Shown one piece after another: positions 51,931 to 62,896 of a stretch of 64,000 nt of DNA (within the stretch, counting starts at the first letter, position 1; every line of letters starts with the position of its first letter). Position numbers and translations under genes: made by a program. Where the stretch lies: assembly GCA_011109175.1 (NCBI GenBank), contig RDEW01000033.1, positions 62,001 to 126,000 on the forward strand. The letters run 5' to 3'. Under the pieces are notes generated by a model, which was not told where the DNA came from, did no database searches, and saw only the letters and a list, made by a program, of their open reading frames with translations. The stretch is from Dicyema japonicum (taxonomy: Eukaryota; Animalia; Dicyemida).

Positions 51931-52540
51931 TCGTTATTGTTATTGCTGTTGTTATTTCCAAGTCTTTTATTATTATTATTAGCACTTTCACGAGAGCCAT
52001 AATATTTATACTTTCACGAGCATGTGCAGCAAAAAATATAAGAGAAAGAGTTAGTTTGTTCCAGGCTTTTCTGTTCTTAGCCAGATCCCTCAGTGTGTCT
52101 AGGTCGTCACCAGATGGCAATGTTTTCTTTACGCTTTTTAGATCGTTTTGTAAAACTACCGGGAGGGTTATTCTTGGTCTTCCACGAAAGCGTTTTACAT
52201 GGGAGGAGTAGTAATCTTCCATGGCTATATTCGGCGGGGATGTCGGGTTCAACCTCAGGACGTGTCCAAAAAGTCTCTAACGAGAGCTTATAATCTCGAG
52301 ACTTATTGGTGTACAGTCACAAATATTGTACAGTCCTTTAGCGAGATCTAGGATGGCCAAGACATTCCAGTTATGTTTCTTAGATGATTCCTGCGAAACG
52401 AGTCTAACCTCTCCAATTCTTCTTTTGAGGAATCTGAGGTCAGAGTTGTATAGGAGGATTGGTTTGATAAAGGTGTCGTATAACATTATTCTTTGTTTAA
52501 TGTTTTCCAAGTCGTTTGTTTGGGTAAATAAGGACAAAAA
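51930..52540 (-). mobile_element. RTE-like LINE 3' end with (AAT)n-type tail
   Basis: LYDTFIKPILLYNS and GRPRITLP..LDTLRDLAKNRKAW; ends in AAT/AAC triplet repeats at ~51930-51985. Confidence 0.7.
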
Positions 52541-52599
52541 TGATTTTTTAGAAGATTTATAAAGTTATAATTTAGCCAAATTTAATTATTTTAAAGGTA

Positions 52600-53120
52600 T
52601 TCTTGTAGTCTTTCTGAGATCTTGATCGCGAGATCCGACTAATAGGTCATCAGCATATGATAGGAGGAAATCTTCTTTATTATCGGATTGTGGTAAATCG
52701 GACATATATAAGTTAAATAAGGCAGGTGACTCCCATCCACATATACCCGGGCCTTTCTTTCATTGATGAAGTTAGCAAGCCAGAGTTTTATATTAGAGAT
52801 GACGAAAGGGTCAAACAATTTTCGGGTTCGATTTTCCTCGAAAGAGTCCTTTTGTAAATTGACCGAGCAAACGACGGTTTTGAGATGGCGAGGAATTTTG
52901 TTAAAGGCCTTCAAGAATAAATTGGTTGAGGGCAGTAAGGTGGTAGAGGTTGAATAATCCTTTCTGAATCCATGTTGTGAAGATGAAACAGGAATGGATG
53001 GGGTTATAAGATTAGGAATCAATTTTTCCATAGTAAAGAGATTGGTAGAGATTGGTCGAAATGATGCAGGATTGTCCTTAGGCTTCCCAGGCTTAAGGAT
53101 TGGGCAAGACTACTACAATA
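52600..53120 (-). mobile_element. LINE RT fragment (Jockey/I-group)
   Basis: PILKPGKPKDNPASFRPIS, QHGFRKDYST motifs. Confidence 0.75.
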
Positions 53121-53229
53121 TTTGAGAGTTTCCAGATATTTGGAATGATGTTTATGTTTATTCCATGGAGCAGATTACCATAAAAACCCAGCTGTTCTCA
53201 TCTCTGGATTAATTTGATCAACTTATACA

Positions 53230-53990
53230 TTCCGCCAAAAGGACCCTGCCTAAAATCCTACACCCCAAACCTATCCCGCCTCTCAGCACTAAATAACGTT
53301 TTAATATGCGGACCTCAATGCCCGACACTCCGTTTGGATTGCTTCATTGTCCTCTGACAGCCGAGGCGAGTTCATCGCAAATGGTCTTATTGATATGATT
53401 ATCCTGAATGACCCTAAATTACAGACAAGAACCCCATTAATGAGCACTGATAGCTGCACTTCTCCAGATTTAACTTTATGTTCTCCCTTTTTAGCAAGAT
53501 TTGCTTCATGGAATGTGATTTATGGTTTTTCATGCGACCGCAATCACATCCTTTTTATGTTAAGAGATTTCGCCCATAAACCAAAGAAGGAACCTTACCA
53601 AGAACTATTCTCAGAGAAGCAGGTCTCAGAGGTCATCGCCGGATTAAAGAACTCACTGGCCTGCGGCCCTGACAAAATATCTCTGATTCGCCTAAAAACT
53701 TAAGCCATTACTCAATTGGCTACATCACGCAAATCTTTAACCTGTCTATTAACAACAACATTATTCCCAAGATTTGGAAGAACTCTGTTATCAAACAAGT
53801 TTTGAAGGCTGGAAAACCGGAGGGAGAACCTGCTTCATACAGGCCGATCTCCCTAACCAGCACGTCATCAAAACTTCTTGAAAAACTGGTACTATCGGCC
53901 ATTACTCCAGACCTCCATCAAGCGGCTTTCTAGCACGGTTTTCGTCTTGGAAGGTCCACCACTACCCATTTAACATCACAATTGGTAGCT
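53230..53990 (+). mobile_element. LINE APE/RT fragment with internal deletion
   Basis: TSPDLTL, ACGPDKIS, WKNSVIK..KAGKP..SYRPISLTSTSSKLLEK, GFRLGRST. Confidence 0.75.
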
Positions 53991-54624
53991 TCTTTCGCTT
54001 CAGCAGAGCAAATCAAACTTTTTTTCCAGAAAATTCTATTCGTGAAAATTTCTTTATCGCCAAATTTGGCAACAACTATATTTCTATGTTTAGTGGCATA
54101 AATATTTTTCCTTCATTTTAATTCCTCTATTCATTCTAGCAGCCTCCATAGTTAACCACAGAGTCTCCAAATCCACACAGAACTAAGATTATTTCACAAA
54201 ACTTTTCACTCTTACCTTCTATGTGGGCCAGGACATATTAGACAGTTGATGATCTTAGGGCTATATCCCAAAATCTTTGGCATTGAAAACACTAAAATTC
54301 AGATTCACTGAACAACTCACTTTGACCTCATTATTTCATCAAGTGTTTAAGGAATATATGGCTGATTCCTTTTTTATCAAATCATGAATCCCTTGTACTG
54401 GCCGTTAAACTTCAAATATTTTTCAAGACACATTCTTCCTTTAACACCCAAATATTTAAAAAGGCGCAAAATTTTGAATAAAAATTGCATTCTTCAGACA
54501 ACGCCAGATAACAAAATCTTTAATAGAGGTGATGATGACACACTAAAGAAAATCTTCTACAAGGACATATTAAGTTTTACAATAATCAGAAAATTATGAA
54601 AAAAATCAAAGTAAAAAATTTTTG

Positions 54625-54860
54625 TTGAAGCACCTAGGCAAGCCGAGGATCACAAGAAAAGGAAACCAAAGTATTTCGAAAGATCATTTGTTTGTTCCTT
54701 TCGGTGTTGAGGTGTTATGAATCCTTGGCCCACAAACGGACAATCTAGTCCTTTTGATCAGCTAAATGATCCAAAAGGTCTCGAAGATCAACGTGAGACT
54801 GGATGGCTTCTAGAGCGTATCTCGATAGCTATTGTCAGATTAGCCATTTAAACTCCTTAG
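54625..54860 (+). mobile_element. CRE RLE tail fragment
   Basis: QAEDHKK..DHLFVPFGVE..RETGWLLERISIAIV; similar to the 28.0-28.3 kb copy. Confidence 0.8.
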
Positions 54861-55099
54861 ATTAAAATTATTTTTCCACAAAACTCCAATATCAGCCGAA
54901 GGCTTGCTTCGAAGAGATGAGAACCTCACGAAGGACTACGATTGAGACCAAAGTTCGAATGGCGGTGATCAGAAGGAACACTGTTATTTCAAAATTCTTT
55001 GGAGTCATTCTCTGAATAATAGATTCGAATAGTGGGAAAACCGGGTTGTTAGGGTCAATTTATTATTGAAGATATTGTAAGCCCCGATTACTAGAAGAT

Positions 55100-55720
55100 C
55101 CCTCTATGCAAGATCTTCGTCGCCCAGTGAAGTGGTCAGCAATAGTGGATTTTAAACAATCTGTTATAATTCTCAAGGCTGAGTTTTGCACCTGCTGTAA
55201 CTTTTGGAACTCAGAATTTTTGAATGTTCGTTCACTTTTTGTGTAGGATTGTGGTTGTTTTTGTCTCTGTAAAGATGGTTACCGTTGATTTGGAACTTTC
55301 AGAGGAACTCTGTTGGGGAGATAACGAAACAAGACACGAGAGTATAAACTAGTTTGACTCAGTCTTAGAGAAATAAAATTTGGGAACCAGGACTTTCAAA
55401 ACAGAAAAAATAGTGGAGGAGTAAAACCATGAGAGACGTGATTGGATGCTGTGATTAGATCCATTGTAACCGACACAGTTTTTAGATGAAGAATCGTTAT
55501 AATCAAAGTTGAGAGGTTGTAGAGTGAAGTCGATTAAAGTCATGTTAGGAGTTAAAAAATTTGAAGCGGTGGAAATTGTTTTTCGTAGCTATTTTCTAAT
55601 AAATATTGATACATTAAAGAGGAGGTATTGTTCTGCAAGACAAATAGTCAAAAGGATCTTTGTTGGCCTTAGGAGAGTGATAATGGTGAATTGTAATCAA
55701 GTGTAGTTTATTGAAAATTC
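55100..55720 (-). mobile_element. Degenerate LINE relic
   Basis: LQQVQNSALRIITDCLKST is typical of the post-RT region of I/Jockey-group ORF2. Confidence 0.55.
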
Positions 55721-56899
55721 AAAAATTAATTTTAAATCAAAATAACAAATCGACCATTTTTAAGCACATCTGGAGAAAGCTTCAAGTAGAAATAGTCCAG
55801 GAACTAAGATCGAATGTTTGTCTCAAACATAGCTGGAAATAGATTACACCTTCTTTCGTGAACTAAAATATCCCAAAAACTTCAACCCATGTACACACAT
55901 TATCATAAAAATATGCTTGAACGCTAGCGATCTGGTCCCTGAGAAATAGAAATATTATATTTATTAAGAAATAGAAACAATTCTCTTTAAAAACATTAAT
56001 TTAATAAATCAACAAATTTAAATTAAAAATTTTTCTTTACTCTGGTGAGAGGGACTGAAGGCAAAGAATTGAGCTGACAGTCCCATCCCTTTAACTTCTC
56101 AAATCCGTGAGTAGTTAGCAAGTCAGGGACCTCTACCAAATAAGGTAAACACGAGAACCAAATCCCACAGAAGCAAATTCATTGGCCTCAATCTCTTTTA
56201 TAAGCTGAATGTTCCTAGCACGTGCTGAGTGTCTCATAATTCTGGTTCGAACGATGGTCGGAAATTATCTTAGCCAATTCATCGTCGAATCTATCCAAGT
56301 ATCTGAAATTTAAATAACTGAAAACCTCTCAATGAGGCGAATAAATTGGTCATGTGTCAATTCCTTCCCCATTATTAAGGTTTCGTTTTTGAACCACAAG
56401 ACCCTTTTTGCCTTGGATTCCATTTTTTAATTTTCTTGTCAAAATTTCTATTTTTGATTAATTAATAATATAACTTTGTTCGATTTTCATTTTTTAGTAC
56501 ACGAGCTACAATCTTCTTTGACTTCCTGCTTTTTGGATGAACTTTTTCAGTTGATAACTTTTTCTTATCTTTACCCTAATAATAAAAATGTCACACAAAA
56601 CCATCACGCGGATAGAATGTTAATTTAAATTTTAATAAATAAAATTTTAATATAATAAATAAAAAAAATATTTAACTAATATTTGTTTTAAAATCTAAAA
56701 TATTATTAATAAGTCAAAAAGGTAAGTCAAGCACTAATTAAAATGAAAAGGCCATCAGGTGATTTCACTTTTTTTAGTAACATTCTCATCTTTTCTCGGT
56801 GTTGTTTCTCGGGAACCGACACATTTTCAATAACAACGTTCATCTGGCGGTTTTCTATTTTGGGTGAATATGCCGCCCGACTTTTTCACAAGGAGCTCA

Positions 56900-57830
56900 A
56901 ATGGGGTTGACCCTTATTGGTAGTCAAGTGATTCGAGAGATTGTTTTTGTCATACTGGATTGAGCAAAGTTGATCTTATCCATGTTTTTTCTGCCACTTT
57001 TGTTCCCAAGCTGCACATTCATAACATATAGTTGCTTGATGAATTGAGTCTACAACGTGAATAGTGACCGGTTTAATGATCCTTTGAATTTTGAGACGAG
57101 CACCTTCACGAAGTTGAACTTTCGTGCGGAAGCACTGATTACGTTAGACACATGTATGCTGAAGGTCACACGACTGTCGAATGTTACTCCTAGAATCTTA
57201 GCTTGTTTCTTGTGTGGGATTAGTTCACCACTCAAAAATAGTTCCCTGGAATACTATTGGACATAAAAAGAGAAGTCGAGGACTTTTCTGTGGATATTGA
57301 ATTCGTGTTCAACCATTCATGATGTATGGAGTTTGCAATGATTTCGTAGCTGATGTAACACGTATATCCTTGCAAGCATAAATTATGTCATCGGCATACG
57401 CAAGGGTTATCGAATTTTCGTCCTAACCGATTGAAATATCGTGCAAAGAATACTTTAAACAGCGACGGTGACAAGGGGTAACTTTATGGCACGCGGTTTG
57501 TAAGAAATTTTAAGATCGATTGGCAGGATTTTGTTACGACTTTTTGTCTTTTACCAGTGAGAAAGTTGAAAATACTGGCGATTTCCGAGCAGTAGATCTT
57601 CCTTGTTAGATATCTCTAGGGACCGAGTCAAAAGCCCTGCGGATATCAATCGAGCACAATAAAGTTTTAAAGCACCGAGGCTTTGACTCAAGTCCCGCCA
57701 TAATAAAGTTTGTGAGGGTTTGCAGGTGCGTACTTATAGATAGGTCTCTCTTAAATCCGTGCCGGAAGGATTCTTTAAATAAATATGGGAAGATCACATC
57801 TATCATGAAAAACATCCTAACATCACATAA
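56900..57830 (-). mobile_element. LINE RT fragment (Jockey/I-group)
   Basis: HGFKRDLS..SIDIRRAFDSV, AYADDI, KILGVTFDSRVTF..HV. Confidence 0.8.
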
Positions 57831-58139
57831 CTAATCAACAGAATGGTCACCAAGAAAATAGCCGAAAAAATTCTCAACATCATGTTCTCTATTGAACTAT
57901 ATGCATTTGATAAAAATAGAGGAAGAATATGCCCTGATCCACCACCGAAATTTTATTTCACTGTCCTCCTAAATTTAACAAGCGAATTCACTATGTCCAG
58001 CTCTGTAAAATCTCGAAATCACTTTATTATTATTAATAGAACCAGAAAAGTTAATCAATCTGAGGTTCCACTTTTCCATGCATCTCAAAATACGCTTCCA
58101 TTTTCCCATGTTTCTCGCAACCGCCCTTAGATCATCCAG

Positions 58140-58730
58140 ATCCTCTCACGATTTCAGCTTCCTTCCTATTCACATGAGTTCTTTGTCGACCTCAATAAGT
58201 TGTTTTGTTTAATATAAAGAAGTATGATTCCATGGCCTGGTTGGCCGGTGCCATTTCCGAAGCTCCTATGACATGTCCAAAGAGCTGTCATTTCGCCGAA
58301 GTCACTTTATTCCCAATCTGTGATGTCTGAGAATTCTGTAGAGTTCGTCGTTTGTCATTTTTTTCGGCTAATAGATGCCCACGGATAGTCGTAGTTATTT
58401 TCTGTGGAAAGAGTTAAGCTTCTCCAGTTCTTTGGTGGTTAGGCCCCAGGTCCCCGAGTTGTAAAGCAAAATTAGTTCGATAAAGGAGTTGTGCAACCGA
58501 ATTCGAATGCGAGAGCCTATTTACTCTCGCCGCATCCAGATCGCCCACATTTTTTGAAAGAGGCAACCGCCAGCACTTTCTGTGAATAACGTCCTTTGAG
58601 TCTCCGAAAAGAGATCCAACTTTATTGCCTGTTCTCCACTTTTCCTCGTGTTTCGTCGTGTAACGGGATTTGGTAGTTTTTTCTGTTTTGTCTGGGTTTA
58701 CTTCCAGAGACCTGTCCTGGGTTTACTACC
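58140..58730 (-). mobile_element. RTE-like LINE fragment
   Basis: LFGHV motif and post-RT similarity to the 52.0-52.5 kb element. Confidence 0.55.
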
Positions 58731-59029
58731 GGGCCGTGTCACTTGATGTCGCTATATGCCTTTGAAAACTGGTGGTAGTTGAACGATTGCACTGTGAATG
58801 CCCTACCAAAAGATGTAAAAAGACTAATTTTAAAGTCCCAGCCAAAATCTGAACACCTCGAATTGAGATTTCCAGTTTTGGATTTCTGAAACATACATAG
58901 AATTTGACTTTTCCCTGGTTCAGATAAAATCTTTTTAAGGCTTTTAAGACTCCAGAACAGCAGATAGAAGTACTTGGATGCCCCTTTACATAAAGTGAAA
59001 TCAGCGACCTTCTATAAAAAAACAAAAAC

Positions 59030-59930
59030 TAAAAACGACATGCGTATTTCTGGAGAAGCTGAAGAGATGCAGAAATTTATTTTTCTGTTGAAAAATGGAC
59101 AAAAAAAACCTACCCATTCGCTCTGCCAGTCTGGGAATTCACTTCCCAGTGGATTTAGTGTAGGAAAGAGAGCCATTTTTATCCTAAATCCCAAGGTTTC
59201 GGCTGTGACGGGATTGAAAACAAACTGTCTTCCTAAATTCGCGTATTTTTCTATAAAAGTTTTTTCTCTAGCTGAAGCTGTCTTGGATGAGTTCCAAATT
59301 TTAATATTGTCAAGATTATCAAGAATACTCGCTTATCCATTCATTACTACTACTCCTATAAAAAACTGCTATGTTTGCCAAAGATGGTAGATTCCTACGA
59401 TAAACATTAAATTTGACTTATTTTCGGATAATTTTTTTAAGCCAATAAACTATTATTCCCGGTACCAAGTGTCATGGTTAAGAGTGAATTTTCTCATGCG
59501 ATTTTTATGGAAATTTGAAAGTTTAGGTTAAAGTTTTAACAGGTTATTAAATATCTCAAAAACCTGGACGATGACTCTGACAGGAGAGTGTCGAGGGAAG
59601 GATCCATTCGACCCCTAAGAGGGATAGAGTCGGCTCACGTAACAACTGATTTTTTCTAGCTCGAGGAAGAAAATCAGAACTTCTAGAAGGCATAAACATG
59701 TTCAGTAGTAAAAACCACGGTTTGTCGGTATAGCTTGAATAAGTAGTCTTCGAGTTGATATAGGATTTTCTTAGCAATGATCTTCACCACTTCTTAAACT
59801 TTTTTTCACATGCTTTAGATCTCCACCAAGTGTTTTCGAAGTGTAACACGCCGACCATACGGGAATATCTTGACTGTCTCAAGTAGAGAGCCAAGTTTGT
59901 TCGTTTTGTGCCATGTTTCATTCACGGGAA
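59030..59930 (-). mobile_element. Highly diverged CRE 3' half
   Basis: GSFPRHS and AREKTFIEKYANLGRQFVFNPVTAETLG motifs; boundaries approximate. Confidence 0.55.
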
Positions 59931-60049
59931 AACGTACTATGTCGCGAGCGCAGTGCGAGACCGAGCGCTACACGCGACCAGTCAATGTCAATCAAATTAA
60001 CTTAATTTTTTCAAGGTTAAGAACAATTATTATTTTTAACTGTTATTAG

Positions 60050-61446
60050 TAGGGCAAGTTGTTTCTAGCAGTTAAAAAATATTTTTTTAGCGCTAAAAAA
60101 TCACAAAATCTAGCAATTATAATTATAAAAATTAGCACTTAAATGATAAAATCTAGCATTTAAAATTGTAAAATCTATAACTTAAAATAATAAAATATAA
60201 CATTTAAATTTTATTTATTGTAATATAATTTCGGATATGCACACTTTATACGTAAAATCGTATTGTGTAACAAATTAGAAACATGTTGTTGTACATGACC
60301 ATTAATGTTTTACCACCTATTTATTTAAATAAATTTATATCACCAGAAATCATATACGGAGTGGCATCTGAAATTAGTAGATAAAAATTGTCACGAATAA
60401 TTTTCATTTCTCTAATGACGTCATCTATTAATTGGCAGATGATAGCAGCAGTGGCATGATTTTCCAGTGTATTGCATTCAACCAAATAGGATTTTGTTGG
60501 AAAGCGAATGCTCCCAATTAGAATCACTACAAAACTTTTCCTTCGGATATCTGTTTCATCAATTATTATAAAAATCTTTTCGTTTCTAAAAGTTGAAATA
60601 AATTTTAATACGTTAATAATTTTGTCAACTCATTTATCTTTTTTTCTGCAAGAAACTTGACCGTAGTTCTGCATGAAAATTCGGAAGGAATGTTAATTTT
60701 AAATGTTTTAAACACTTTTTTGATCGAATCGTTATTTAATTTGTACAGCGGGATGTTTGCTTGTACAAAAGCTTCCGTGATCGTTTCATTAGTCGAATCT
60801 ACTTGGATTGATTCAGTTAATTTTGTTTGAACTGAATTACATGAATGACCTACAATTGTATTAACAAATTTATACGCATGATGTTCTGATGTTTTAAAGA
60901 AGAACGATGAGAATCAACTGAAAATTTTTTTGAACAGTTGACTTTGGATTAACGAAGAGAACAAATTAGAAGGCCATCGTCAGCAATACAGAACTCATCT
61001 TTGAATTCCGAGACTATACGATTAGCTTCTCAAGCAACGAACACTTGGGTTTTGGCATCACTAAAAATACTATATAGCGTGCTAAATTATTTTATTTAAA
61101 TTATTTTATTATCATTTTATGGGTGATATTAAAATGATTTTTTAAATGCAATTTAAATAAGCATTCCTCCTGTCTCCTTCCATTAGAGTGGCGTCATGTG
61201 ATCCACCTGTCTAGGTGACGCCAGTGCCAGGCCGGCACGAAAAAGGATCATTTGCTCTCCCCCACTCCACTGGAGGGGTTTCCACAGCATTTAAAAAAAC
61301 TTAGCATTTAAAATTAAAAAAGGACTTATAGCATTTATAATGTATGTTCTTTTTAACAAAATTAAAAAATAATTATTCCAAATTCAATTTTATATTAAAA
61401 TAAGTATAAAAAATAAAAATAGCATTTTAGCACTTAAATTGCCCTA
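60050..61446 (-). mobile_element. Internally deleted hAT DNA transposon with intact ends
   Basis: TIRs TAGGGCAAGTT (60050-60060) and AAATTGCCCTA (61436-61446), 10/11 match; perfect 8-bp TSD GTTATTAG (60042-60049 and 61447-61454); subterminal TAGCA repeats; minus-strand relic YLLISDATPYM. Confidence 0.92.
61166..61285 (+). repeat. ~120-bp GC-rich structured repeat, copy 2, inserted in the hAT element
   Basis: Matches the reverse complement of 42292-42417; flanked by AGCATT on both sides (61160-61165 and 61286-61291). Confidence 0.85.
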
Positions 61447-62029
61447 GTTATTAGTCACAACATTCAACTTCTTAAGTCTTGAATGTATTTTTTCATTGCC
61501 AATCCATCACTATTTTCCACATTGACAAAATTTTTGGACAATCTTGCAACAATAGTAACTGGATCCCCGTACGTAAGTTAAAACCTTGTTAATCTTTAGA
61601 GAAGAGTTTGTCCCATAATACTTTTGAATGCGAGCCTTTTAAATAATTAAAAATAGAATACAACATCTCCAACATCCAAATCATATTTTGAGCGATGTAC
61701 TCCCATTTTCCTATTCATCCTTTTATAATATGAGGACTCCAAATTAATTTTAGGAAAATTAAACTCAAATTCATCTAATATATATTTTAATTCGAAACCT
61801 TTTTTTAGTGTTTCTATGTTGCCTCGTTCAGTATTGTTTTCTACTACATTATTGAATCCTGGAATCCCACGATATCTTTGGAGCGGACTAACTCGTACGA
61901 AAAATAAAAAACAATATACCTGTGTTGAGCTCCGTGTTAGAAAACGACACTCTGATCATACTGACAGAATCAGTGTCCAAAAATTGTTACAGTATCTAGA
62001 GAAGCATACCACGGCGGACCATGTCAAAA

Positions 62030-62760
62030 GCCCTAGAGAGGTCTATTCTCAGGACTTTTGCTGCACTTTTGAATCTCTGGCTGATAGCGCGGCGCCATTT
62101 GTGGCTCCTAGTACATCCCAAGTGGATCTTCCTATCCTAAATCCATTGTGACTACGGGATAGATAGTTGTCCACTTGTTCTCTGATTCGGTTCAACGTAA
62201 CTAATGCCAGAAGTTTCTTTAAAATGTTTAGCAAGATTATTGTAGGTAGGTTTTCCCAGCCCGCTTGTTAGATTTTTGTATTGGTATTAATAGTCCGGAT
62301 CAAGAGCGGGGTATTATTATTTTTCCTAAAAATAGCGTTAGGTCGTTCTGCCAGTTTGGCTTTTAGTGCAGGCGACCCGTATTTGAGCAGTTCTGAATTG
62401 ATTCCACCCGGTTCAGAGGAGTGGCCATTCTTAAGTTTGACTATTGCATTTGAGATTTTGCCAGATGTGATAACTCTATCGAGTTGAGTGACGTATCAAC
62501 AAGTATGATCAGATATTTCTCCGTGAACAGTTAATGTACCCTCGAAATACGACGCAATATATTCAGCCTGACCTTTGGGATTTGTTGAGAATCTTGACTC
62601 GGCAGATGAAGTAGTCAATTTGGTTGAAAATGTTACTAGAGCCTTCGGTAGGTAAGAATCCATGTCGTTTTATGACGCGTGGGGTGTTGAAAACCAGTAT
62701 TACATAGGAACAGATCAAATGCCTGGCAAAATTCTGCCAAGATGGTTCCCGGAAAGTTTC
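62030..62760 (-). mobile_element. RTE-like LINE RT fragment
   Basis: GINSELLKYG and VDNYLSRSHNGFRIGRSTWD motifs. Confidence 0.7.
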
Positions 62761-62896
62761 TTGTTGTGTGGTTATGCCTGTCGTTAAAAAAGCTCCTACA
62801 AAGAAGATTACTAAAATCAAAAAGGCCACCTCTTGAGGGGTTTTAAAGAAGAGTTGTATTGAAAGCATTAAGAATCTATCTCCGGAACCGTTAACT

